Below are positions 26,301-37,635 of a DNA stretch of 64,000 nucleotides, piece by piece. The DNA is taken from NCBI RefSeq assembly GCF_964188315.1, contig NC_135658.1, positions 50,654,001-50,718,000 of the forward strand. Reading direction: 5' to 3'. This DNA is from Podarcis muralis (Eukaryota). How positions within the stretch are numbered: the stretch's first letter is position 1; each line of letters opens with the position of its first letter. The notes under the pieces were generated by a model. That model was not told the origin of the DNA and made no database searches. It was given only the letters and a program-made list of their open reading frames with translations. The position numbers and the translations under genes are program-made.

Positions 26301-28326
26301 CAGTACATTATTAGCCTCATGTTGCTTGTGGTTGTTCAGAGTTTACTGAATTTAAAAGCTGGAATCCTTTTCATAGGGAAGGGGTCATGCTGCTGCTGCT
26401 AATGCCACATCTCTCCTCCCCGCATCATGCTAGTGGCAAAGGTGGCACAAGAGGGACTGACGATGATCACATGCCACCTATGAACCACAGGTTGCCCACT
26501 TGTGATTTAAAGTGCCACATGTTACTTTTCCCTTCATGCAGGTGTTCATCTTTTTAAAAGCTTTTAGGTGTTCTTAATTTTCTTTTTTAAAAAGCAATGC
26601 CTTTATTTTCTTTTTAATAGTATTGGTTTTACTGCTACTTCATTGTTTAGTGCCCTGGGCTCCTTTGATAGGAAGGGAGTGATAGAAACCTACTAAAGAA
26701 ATACCGTATGTTGGAACATGTAGTTATTCATTACACTAGTATTCAAGTATAAATTCAGGTGAGGTCTGTTGTTTGTTATAAAGCATATACACTTGTAATT
26801 TTAAAGCGAGGGTTTTTTAAGGGTTCTCATCCATAGCATATAATCCAGAAAGCACAGTTTATGCATTGTGGTAGCCAACAGAAATATGCTCCTGTACAGC
26901 TTTTCTTGCAGAAATTCAATATATACCATAGCTTGTCAAACTCCGAACATAAATAGTAGGTGCCTTAGGCATTTGTTTCCTTATTGTCTGCTGCTGTTTT
27001 AATAGCAATAAAAAAGCTTGTTTAAGCTTTAGATATGGTTTAACAGTTTAGTTCAAACAGTTTTCTGAAATGATACAGAATTCAGGGTATAAACTAGATT
27101 AGAAACCATTGCTTGTGGGGTATTTTAATGTTGTCCAGGCAACTGTGTCTACCAGAATATATTCACACATATGTTAAAAACTAGAAAATTGCTTCTTCTT
27201 ATCCAAATAGTTGTATAGCTACATCTATATGCCATGCCAAAGTTTCCTTGGAATTCTGAATTTCCCCGCTTCTATTTCTGGTGCATTTCACCACATCAAT
27301 TCATACAAACAGAAGCAATACACATTTCTATTAATTTCCAATAATATATATGTCCATATTTCCGATCATTTCTAGTAATAGGTTGAACTGAATCACTGAA
27401 AATCTAGGATTCAGGTGTGCATTTGATTGCAGCTGGCTGTGAGAAAGCAGCAGCAATGTTGCATTGGCTGTGTAAGTCTGCAGGAAGCCTGACCAGCAAT
27501 AAATCAGGTCAGGTTAGAGGTCAGGGCTCCTTTCTCTGCATGCAGAGATAAAGCAGAAACACTGAGGTGGAGGTGCAGGCTTGATGAACAACCAACCAGA
27601 AAGAGAAAAACCAAGAGAAGCAGGAGAGTGGAGATGAATAGAGAAATTGCTGGGATGCATCCCATTCTACTTGCAGAGACTATTTTGAAGAAACAGAGAT
27701 AAGAGAGTGGAGCCCGCTAGGAGTATCCAAAGAAAAGTGAGAAGAGAAAAAGGATTTGGAAGTGAGGGACTCAGAGTACTTAAGAAGGCAACAAGAAACA
27801 GAGGTGTTGGATCTAGGTTTGGGGACAAAAATTCCTAACAGCAAGCCTATAACAGGAGATTGGTGGAATGTAAGGGAAGTAGGGGTAGGATGCAGAACAA
27901 GCTCAGGGGACGATTCCAGTGTTGAAAATGGCATCTGAGCTCTGGGGCAACTCAGATGGGCAGGGTACAAATAATAAAATTCTTTTTGTTATTGTAGCAC
28001 CGAGTATACTCTGAAGTAAGAATATACTGGCACTGTAAAGATCCTCAGGTGTGGCAGGGAGACGTGGTAGATAAACATAGAGTGAAGGTAAAACTGATTG
28101 TGAGCACCATGTGTGGTAAATTAATTTTTAAAACTATTAAACACAGGGGAATGGATCCAGACTAAGTACTTAAGTTATGATTAACTTGCCCTATTGATTT
28201 CAATGGGATATAAATTGACCTTCATTAATCTAAATCCAGTCCAAGAAAATCAACCCATTTTATTAAGTGTGACACTTTGCTTTATTAATGAAAGCAGCTT
28301 CCATTCACAGAAGGGGTCCTTCTATT

Positions 28327-28464
28327 CAGTGCTATTTTTCTAGAAAAAGAGGTGCTGGAACTCACCATGAACCCTCTCTCATCTTCTTAGATTAGCTAAG
28401 GGGCCCACCTGAAAGGGGCCAGAACTGAGTTCTGGTGATTTGCTGGCTGAAAAAAAAAACCCTA
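28327..28464. mobile_element. hAT MITE
   Basis: CAGTGCTATTTTTC...GAAAAAAAAAACCCTA ends. 8-bp TSD CTTCTATT/CTTCCATT with 1 mismatch. Confidence 0.7.
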
Positions 28465-28508
28465 CTTCCATTACTGAAAGTCTTCTGTGAATAGAAGGAT
28501 TTTCTGTT

Positions 28509-28904
28509 TGTCAGGACTAGAGTCAGACACAGGTTGGTGATAAAAGAAGCAGATCTCCATTACCTGTGAAGTTAACTCTTTATTCAAGGAAACAAACATA
28601 CAACTCGGCCTAGTTGTCTCAGCAACACTCCCCAGGAGGTCTTGCCCCTATGGAACAGTTGCCAGAACTGAAGGTCCCTGCTTTTCACCATTTCTAAGGC
28701 TCCTCCTCTCCTGGATATTTCCCAAGCAGTCTCCAATTGCTTCAGCACTCCTCTGACCTGATCTTCTCATTACCCTGCGAGATTTTGGAAACCAGGTGGG
28801 GAGGGGAACTTGTTGCAGCAGGAGAGGGAGACACCCTGGATTCTTCAGCAGTCCCTTGAGCCCCCTCCTCCTCATGTGCCTGTGGCAGCAATTGAAATTT
28901 GACA
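28509..28904 (-). mobile_element. Degenerate solo LTR, probably of a sushi-like chromovirus family
   Basis: TGTCA...TGACA termini, 396 bp. AATAAAG about 70 nt from the 3' end, as in the 40466 LTR. Purine-rich U3. No TSD recovered. Confidence 0.55.
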
Positions 28905-31900
28905 CTCACTACGCTTTTGTATCTATTAAACAGATTTTGCAGGGGTTTTGTCTTGTTTTGCAAAATCTGTCTGATGCCAAGTGACAGTTAGCTTAGAAGA
29001 ATGTGTGCATAAAACATGGGGAACTACTTTTAACTGCAGTATTCTAAAATTGTTCAACTCCAACATTAAATACAAGAGCTGTAAATCCAAATCTCTGCTC
29101 ATTAATGGATTTGGTAGTTCTGAATCAAAATCAATATCTCAGTTTCCCCATTGGTATATAGGTATTGTTCAGACAAACAAGGCAAAACATTTTCTGCAAG
29201 TACGTAGCTGCTATCTTTTATTTTTAAAAAGTGATCCACAACGAAAGGTAACTGAAACAGTAAATTAATAATATTTCTTTGAGAAGGGGACTTATTAGTA
29301 GAGGAGGAGAGGGGAGCAGCAGTTTTTTCAAATGCTTTTTTCATTTATAAGTTATGCTTGAAATTAAATTTAATATGTCAAATTGCAACACAGTTTAGGT
29401 GTAGCCAAAGCCCAGTACATTTCTATCGCCTTGTTAAGCCTTCTTCGGGCATTCAGCAACGGGGAGTGGAGGAATGTGCATGCTAGCTCTGTCCCCATCC
29501 AGTCTCCATCACCCTCTGCAAGTTGGAGGGTGAGGAAATATTCTGTACCAAGGCAGGCTTTTGCATGAGGCAGAACTCTGGATAATCAGGGTCTTACATC
29601 ATGTGGGAATCCAACACCAGTAGATTCAGGCTTATTACTTCAGATAGTTGTCCTCCATCTCATGGAGGAATGGGGAAGGAAGGTGGGGCAAGCATGCTCC
29701 TCCACGTGGTCCCTCTACACGTGCTGCTTCTCCCATCCAAAGAGGACTTCAGTCCACTCTATTTTAGACTGAAGATGAGAGTCCATGAAATGCCTGCCTA
29801 TGAAATGACAAACACTTCTTTGGGAAGGTAGCATACCACTCAATTGCAACAAAAAAACATTCAGAGGCTGTATATCAGAAAGAACGACAGATTAGAATGA
29901 TATTGAATAGATGCCTCAAGATTAATTAAAAAGAAAAGCATCTGGCATAAGCAGAGATGACAAGCAAAGAAAAAAATGATAATGTACTTCTGACAAAATG
30001 TGATCATTAAAATCAACTAAATATAATTTTAATCATCTCATTAGGTAACTCGTGATGTTAAAAAAAAGATATTACCAGCTGGATTAAATCTCCAGAACTC
30101 AGTGCTCTCTGAATGACTCTTCATGTTTCCCAATTAATTTTCTTGATATTAAAAAATACATATGTATAGTATTAAATGTGTCTTGGAGGCTGCTATGAAA
30201 ATAATTTCAGCAGAAGAATTCATGTTGCTGTCTTACACAGAACGTAAAGATTATTAATAGATTCTGGCATGAAATAGTTGAGGCGGCTTGTATCTGTAGG
30301 AACTCCAAATGTGCACAGATATGCAAAGACAATGGAGGTAAAATATACTTTCAGGATTGTCAGAATCTATCTCTGAAAATATATTCTAATACATTACTAT
30401 ATAGGGGCGCATGCATAGACACATGGCGTACAGCACAACCACAGTGCTTGCCTGAAGATGGCTATAGGCCATTGTCACTTTAATCATGGGTTGCATGTGT
30501 TCAGCTACTTGGGCTGAACCTTGGTGGATCAACCTTGCTTACATTGGTGGATCAGCTGCATGGCAGCTACCAGCAGAAAAACAATGCATCCATCATGGGT
30601 GCAGTGAGTTCCATTTCCACTTGCTCAACCTGTCCAAAGTTTTTGACGGCAGCTCTTGTCTAGTATGACCCCAGAGAAGAACAAGGGTAAGAGCATCAAC
30701 CATCTTGGGTACATATGGGGTCTGCAGTTTTTCTTCCTGTACTAGATTTGAGTAGAATTTGATTTTAAGAATCTTTTGTAACCACCTGGGAGGGGCAGGA
30801 TATGAGCATTCTTATTCTTGATAAATAAACTCCATATATAAATAGCATCATTCTTGTATATGGACTCCAGATATGTATAAAATACGTTGCTTTTTGCTGC
30901 TAAGCTGACACTAAAAATAAATGTTAGTGGAGAAAGAAAATTTGTTTTGGTATGAACATTTTTAGATGTCCTTTTTTAAAAAAAGATGCTCATTTGTGCT
31001 ATGTAATATGTCATGCATATTATAGTGGGTTTGTTTGTTTTTAAAGAGATCATTGTGGGAGAATTATAGAATGATGAACATGTTTCATAACAGCTTGTCC
31101 TGAAGGTAAAGAGCAAAAGCTCCCAAAAATATTTGCAGCAGGATAACTATGGTGAAAATGAGCCTAAAATTTCTGTGCCTCTTTAGCTATATTGATAGGT
31201 CTTTCACCCTTGTTGTATACAGTGTGAGTATGAAAGCGGTTGGGGTTTTTTTCTTTATTTGGCTCTGAGTATTAGGGGATTGTGCAATTTCTGAAGTTTG
31301 CCTGCAGCTGACTTCCTTTTCAAACTATCAAGACATTTGCCTGAATCAATCTGGCCTCCTTAATCTAAGTCTCAAGGTTCTGTTTAACCATTTATATTTT
31401 GTTTCCAATGCAGTTCACACACATCAACTCTGGTTTTTGTCTTACTACCAGCCGGGTGAGGGAGGAGGCACCATCCATTTGCCCACTGGCAAAGAGCAAT
31501 CTATTTTGTTATACTAAGGAATATGGTTAGGCACCCATTAAGTCACCAAGAAACTTGCCTGGCTAGTTCAACAATGGAATCCTCCATTAGATTTTATACC
31601 CATTCTGGACCCAGGACCCCAGCAATTAGAAGCGGCTCGGGCAACATATAACCTATAGACTCTCCCCCCGGTCATTCTGAGACACCATGTGCCTTACAAC
31701 TGCACGCCTCCAAAGACATTTTTTTATTATCTTTTCTTTCCTCGTACTTTTAAAAAGCATGAAATGAACCAGTCTTGTTAAAAATGAGTTAGTGGGAAAG
31801 TGCACTATGTTATGTAATTGAAAATGTCATGAATTTTTCAGCTAGATTTGATGCACAATAAACCAGAACAGCTCCTCTACAGCTACGGTGTTGCAATCTT

Positions 31901-32048
31901 TCAGGTCACTGATCTACTATTCAGATATTCTTTGAGTGTCAGGAGCTAGAGATGGAGTAACTTTGTAATTAGACTGTGTGAATATCATAAACAGAAGCAA
32001 ATCCCACTGAAATGAACATTATCTAGAGCCCATGCACTTAACTTCTCT

Positions 32049-32049
32049 C

Positions 32050-32110
<61 letters not shown>
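32049..32110. repeat. (TA)n(CA)n compound microsatellite
   Basis: Directly visible. Confidence 0.95.
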
Positions 32111-32112
<2 letters not shown>

Positions 32113-32466
32113 GATAACTTGCAGAAGTTCATTTCAGCTGAAATCCTAACAGCTCTTTGCCACACACCCAAACACACACACACATATTTACAGCTACATA
32201 AAGGATAGTTGTTGGTGCAACTAGATGTGACATTTTGGTTACATAAAAAGTTGTTCCTTAAATATTATTCCTCACATGCACACAGAGATATGGAGGAGGG
32301 ACTCGTAACTCCCTATAGGTATGTGGGGATCTAGCACTCTTAAAACATGATATAGCAGAATTTGGATCATATTCATAATTTTTACTGAAGTCATCACTAT
32401 GTCGGATATTGAGCAGGACTACCAGAGAGCAGCATCAGGACTACCAGAGAGCAGCTTGCACTAAAT

Positions 32467-32605
32467 CAGTGTTGGAGAACCTGTAACCCTCCAGATGTTG
32501 CTGAACTCCAACTCCTGTCAGCCCATGCCAGCATGGTCAATGGTTAGGGATTGTGGGAATTGTAGTACAGAAACAATCGGGAGGGTCACATGTTCCTGAC
32601 CCCTG
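32467..32605. mobile_element. Short palindromic squamate MITE
   Basis: CAGTGTTGGAGAACCTG...CCTCCAGATGTTG...GAGGGTCACATGTTCCTGACCCCTG quasi-palindrome. No clear TSD. Confidence 0.55.
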
Positions 32606-33899
32606 AATTACGGTAAATAGGTGAACATGGGGAACAAATATTGCAAGTTTGATTGGATTGTATGGCTCAGAACAGAACACTTAATGATTTTTACATCACA
32701 ATGTTATGGGAACTGTCCCAGAATTGTGTTACAGCTATGACTTGCAATGGTACAGAACCCCTTTGAACAATAACATTATATAAAATGCCAGTGCAGGATA
32801 TGTAGGTGAAATAGTAGCCAAGCATGAGGCTTTGTTCATGAGATTCTTCAACGGAAAGCAAAATATGCTTTGCAACAAGGAACACAGATTTCCAGGAAAG
32901 GAAGCATCAGGATTCCTATACTTCTAAAATGGATAATCTACTTAAGAGACAAAAATGGTAGCCAGATCATTCTACAGAATTATCCCAAGTTTTTTAAATA
33001 GTAAACTGTCTTATGAAGAGCAATCATTTTGAAACTAGCAAAGGGGGCAACCAGAAGAAGTGCAGAGATCCGTAATAACACTAAGAATGAATACATTGTT
33101 CTTGATGTACTTCACTTTACAGAAGTTGGAGGTCTCCATAATTCATATGTGTCCTATTCAGGATAATGCTGCCTCCCACTTCTCAGCACAAAGTCTTTAA
33201 ATGCACTTTATTAAATGGACTACATAAATGTACTGTAGATACACGATATATAACAAAAGGCCCAGCTAGCTGCCAGCATCTTACTCTTACATACAGAAAA
33301 GCATTATCATTGAGGCATTTTCAGAAAATTGCTTTCTACCATGATAGTGGTGACCCTTATTTAGACTCTGGAGGTGACAGAGAAACTTGTGAGAATTGTA
33401 TCCACAGGTTTAAATTAAGAGGAAAAGGGGGATGACTGGAAAGCTGATGAGCTTTTGACATGACAAAGTGCATACACTTCAAAGTGTGTTATTGAGTATG
33501 GCTGTGCACAAAGATGAGAGAAGTGCACATGCAGAAAGTTATTCACTTGCTGCTGTAACATCAGCAGCTCTCCCTGCTGAAGAAGCAAGCTGCTCTTTAA
33601 ACTGGAAAGCAAGCTTGCCTCTTTGCATTGGGAACTGCAACAGTGGAGTTCTGGGTGTAAATGTGCATCTCTCGCATGCGTCCCAGTCTGATGTTTCTAC
33701 AGCAGCGACATAAAGACCACAAAAGGCAATCAACTGTTTAATCAGCTTGATTCTTCTGCCGATAATTTTCTCTGCCTCTATGAAGCTGCATGACCCTAGA
33801 GGCCATCTAATACTGGATGCATAGAAGAAATTGGTAAGCACCATAGGTCATCAGGTCATAGGTTGTTTCAGCAAGGTCAGTGTTGGACAAATATGAAAG

Positions 33900-35101
33900 T
33901 ATACGAGACATCCATTTCTTTCTGGTATAGTTCCTCTGTGTATTCTTGCCACCTCTTCTTGATGTCTTCTGCTTTTGTTAGGTCCTGTCTTTTATTATGG
34001 AAATCTTTGTACGAAATGTTCCTTTCATATCTCCAATTTTCTTGAACAGATCTCTGGTTTTTCCCATTCTATTGTTTTCCTCTATTTCTTTGCATTGCTC
34101 GTTTAAGAAGGCCTTCTTGTCTCTCCTTGCTATTTTTTGGAAATCTGCATTCAATTTCCTGTATCTTTCACTATCTCCCTCGCATTTTGCTTGCCTTCTC
34201 TCCCCCGCTATTTGTAAGGCCTCATTGGACAGCCACTTTGCTTTCTTGCGTTTCCTTTTCATTGAGATGGTTTTAGTTGCTGCCTCTTGTATAATGTTAC
34301 GAGCCTCCATCCATACTTCTTCAGGCACTCTGTCCACCAAATCTAAATCCTTAAACCTGTTCCTCACTTCCACTGTGTATTCATAAGGGATTTGACTTAG
34401 ATTGTATCTTACCGGCCCAGTGGTTTTTCCTACTTTCTTCAGTTTAAGCTTGAATTTTGCTATAAGAAGCTGATGATCTGAGCCACAGTCAGCTCCAGGT
34501 CTTGTTTTTGCTGACTGTATAGAGCTTCTCCATCTTTGGCTGCAGAGAATATAATCAATCTGATTTCGATGCTTCCCATCTGGTGATGTCCATGTGTAGA
34601 GTCGTCTCTTATGTTGTTGGGAAAGAGTGTTTGTGATGACCAGCTTGTTCTCTTGGCAGAACTCTATTAGCCTTTGCCCTGCTTCGTTTTGAACTCCAAG
34701 GCCAAACTTGCCAGTTGTTCCTTTTATCTCTTGACTCCCTACTTTAGCATTCCAATCCCCTATAATGAGAAGAACATCCTTCTTTGGTGTCATTTCTAGA
34801 AGGTGTTGTAAGTCTTCATAGAATTGGTCAATTTCAGTTTCTTCAGCACCAGTGGTAGGTACATAAACTTGGATTACTGTGATGTTAAAAGGTCTGCCTT
34901 GCATTCGTACTGAGATCATTCTATCATTTTTGAGATTACATCCCAGTACAGCTTTTGCCACTCTTTTGTTGACTATGAGGGCCACTCCATTTCTTTTACG
35001 GGATTCTTGCCCACAGTAGTAGATGTGATGGTCATCCGAACTGAATTCACCCATTCCCTTAGTTCACCGATGCCCAGGATGTCAATATTTATTCTTGCCA
35101 T
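33900..35101 (-). mobile_element. Bov-B LINE internal fragment (APE endonuclease to pre-RT linker)
   Basis: ORF 33978-35054 has APE motifs (NGVALIV, IQVYVPT, IIGDWNAKVG, NQIDYIL, GSDHQLL). Homology continues out of frame (DLTKAEDIKKRWQEYTEELY) to ~33900. Confidence 0.9.
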
Positions 35102-35884
35102 CCCATCCAGATTAATTGTAACCAGATTTTAATTGTTGTAAGTGGCTTTGGAGAACCTTTTTAGAGCTAAAAAGTGACATACACACGTGCCGTTTTAAAC
35201 AAATGCATACATAAAAATTGATAGGATATAATCACAGATCCCATTAATTTCATCAGAAGCTTTTTGCATTCAAGGGCTCTAAAGCATACTTACAACCTTA
35301 CAGCTCAAAATATATATCAAGCTTTCTTTTAATGAGTCAGAACTTTGGAGCTTGTTAAGTCTATGTGGCTTGACAGTAGTCCTCCAAAGTGGCCCAGCCA
35401 TAAGATCCTTTTAACTGAAGCCAAATAGTGAACCTGGGAGATGCCCCATGCAAAGCACTGCTCTATTGCCGTTTCTCTTCCCGATGCACATCATTTTAGC
35501 ATTCCCTTGATGGGCTTCTGGTGGCTCTCGGATGCATCCAGCTGGCTGCATCAACCCAGCATTTTGAGAGAATGCAGATAGCTGCCAAGATATACATGGA
35601 CTTGTATTTCGCTGGTGTCCAATTCATTTCTGGACTCTATTCAAATTGCTGTCTATTGCCTTTAAAGTTGTAAATACTAGCAGTCGTAAAGACTGGGGCC
35701 ATGATAGTTTAGAAGAGGAACACCTCCCCTTTCAACCTGCCCATTCACTAAAATCAGCTTAGCAGTCCTTTCTGTGCCTTGCTGCTTATCTAATGAACGG
35801 TTACAGATAGGTAGCCGTGTTGGTCTGCCATAGTCAAAACAAAAAAAATTCCTTCCAGTAGCACCTTAAAGACCAACTAAGTTC

Positions 35885-35928
35885 TTGGTATGAGCTTTCG
35901 TGTGCATGCACACTTCTTCAGATACCAA
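35885..35928 (-). ncRNA. Minimal hammerhead ribozyme motif with 7-bp helix I
   Basis: UUGGUAU-CUGAAGA-A-GUGUG(CAUG)CACAC-GAAA-GCUC-AUACCAA. Confidence 0.75.
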
Positions 35929-35964
35929 ATCTGAAGAAGTGTGCATGCACACGAAAGCTCATAC
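35929..35964 (+). ncRNA. Minimal hammerhead ribozyme motif with truncated helix I
   Basis: Core intact, but only AU remains of the 5' strand of helix I. Confidence 0.6.
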
Positions 35965-37540
35965 CAAGAACTAACTTAGTTGGTCTTTAAGGTGCTACTG
36001 GAAGGAATCTAATGAATGGTTAGCAGAAACACCTTGCCCTGTGACAGTCATCTGCCTCTCCAAATGGAGAGAAAAAATGTTGACTGTGAGATACTGTGAA
36101 CCACTTAGAGGTCTTTTGTTCTAGTAAACAGTATATACATTTTGTTGAAAAAAAGAAAATAAATACAAGATCATCAACAATCACTATGATCCCACACTGC
36201 CTGTTTCTTCTGTCCCCTCCTTTTTAGAGATTTTGTTTTGTTTAATGTTTTATTATTTAATGGATTGGTGTTTTGTTTTGAAGTGGGCCTCCATGGTCAT
36301 TTAATTTTTATTATAATAAAATGGAAAGGCAGAATATAACCATTTTCTAGAAGTATATAAAACTTTACCATCACTCTGAAATGGAAATGACGGGAAACAA
36401 TGGGCCCAAAAAGGCCAACAGAAGGCAAGACCATTCAGCAATAACAGCCAGACAGCTGCAGCATTCAGTTTGGCCCCTCACAGAGTTCGTGCAAGGGGGA
36501 CATCTTCCCTTGCAGGCCAGTTGAAGGAACAGTGGGTGAGTTTGGATTATGTGTAAGCAGCAGAGTCTGTAAAAGTAAAACCAAATAAGCAGGAGTTTAC
36601 CAAGCCTCTGTGTTCGGTGGATTACATTCAGTATGCATAACTGTGGCAATCTCAGGTGAATTATTCTTAGTTACTGATGCAAAATATTACAGCAGCACCA
36701 CATGGAGACAAATTTACAACCCATGTGTTGTCAGCTCTGACAGGGCCCATCACCCCAGGAGGTCCTACCACTGATGTCTGCTCCACCCCCTTTTCAAATA
36801 TATATATTTAAAGGGGGGGGGGCTTGTATTGTAAGCAGTGTCAAGCAACATAACCTATCTGCTTTAATTTCCCACAATGCTCAAGAGTGATGCTACACTG
36901 GAGATATTAGGCCTGATTTAGCTGGTTCTTATTATGTTCAGGAAGCCAAACATATCACAGAAAGATATTCCTTTATGCACTAGGAATGTACAAAACTCTC
37001 CTGAGAAATTTGACTAATCTTATTAAAACTGTTTCAGCTCCTCTTGAAAGACACATATTTTGCCTAAGGAGGAACCTAAACACATTCCAAGCTAGCTCTC
37101 AATTTCACTTAAGATGTCGTTTCAGCTGCAGCTGTACAATGATGATGAACAAAGCAGCCCATTTCTGCTGGTCCAAGTCCCATTTATATGGGATCCCTCA
37201 TTTCAACTCATTTCAGATTGCTCTCTCAGACACATTCAAGTGGTGCTAAAACCAGGGGATAACTGAGTTCCACTCTGCACATTAATCCAGAAGGTTTAAA
37301 TCATGTCAGTTTATATAGGGATTTGTGAAGACTGAATTTCCTGGGCAACCCTAATGATGCTCTGACTTGCAACTTTCCACTAACCTGTTGTCCTAAGTAC
37401 TCCATTTCATATATCTCTGTAAGATCTTCTCATAGTCTGCTGTCCCATCTTTGAAACTGTACAGGGCATGTATCAGCAGCACATATACAATATACAATAT
37501 CTTTATTGTCATTGTCCCTTGTGGAACAATGAAATTGAAA

Positions 37541-37635
37541 ACTACATAAAACTACATAAAAACTACATAAAACTACCACAAAACTACATAAAACTACATA
37601 AAAACTACATAAAACTACATAAAAACTACATAAAA
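37541..37635. repeat. (ACTACATAAA[A]) x9 tandem array in the Rex1 3' UTR
   Basis: Nine 10-11-bp units. The second Rex1 copy has a single unit (~57300). Confidence 0.9.

Larger units (their letters stand above)
35800..36006. mobile_element. Penelope-like element relic forming a near-perfect hairpin
   Basis: Same sequence as the 18.3-19.0 kb pLTR arms. Inverted arms 35849-35923 and 35929-36007 with a 5-nt spacer. Flanking duplication ATCTAATGAA(C/T)GGTTA. Confidence 0.88.

Noticed and set aside
37541-37635. CRISPR-like array (also 16281-16340 and 23184-23292)
   Set aside because: Head-to-tail repeats with no unique spacers, in eukaryotic DNA.
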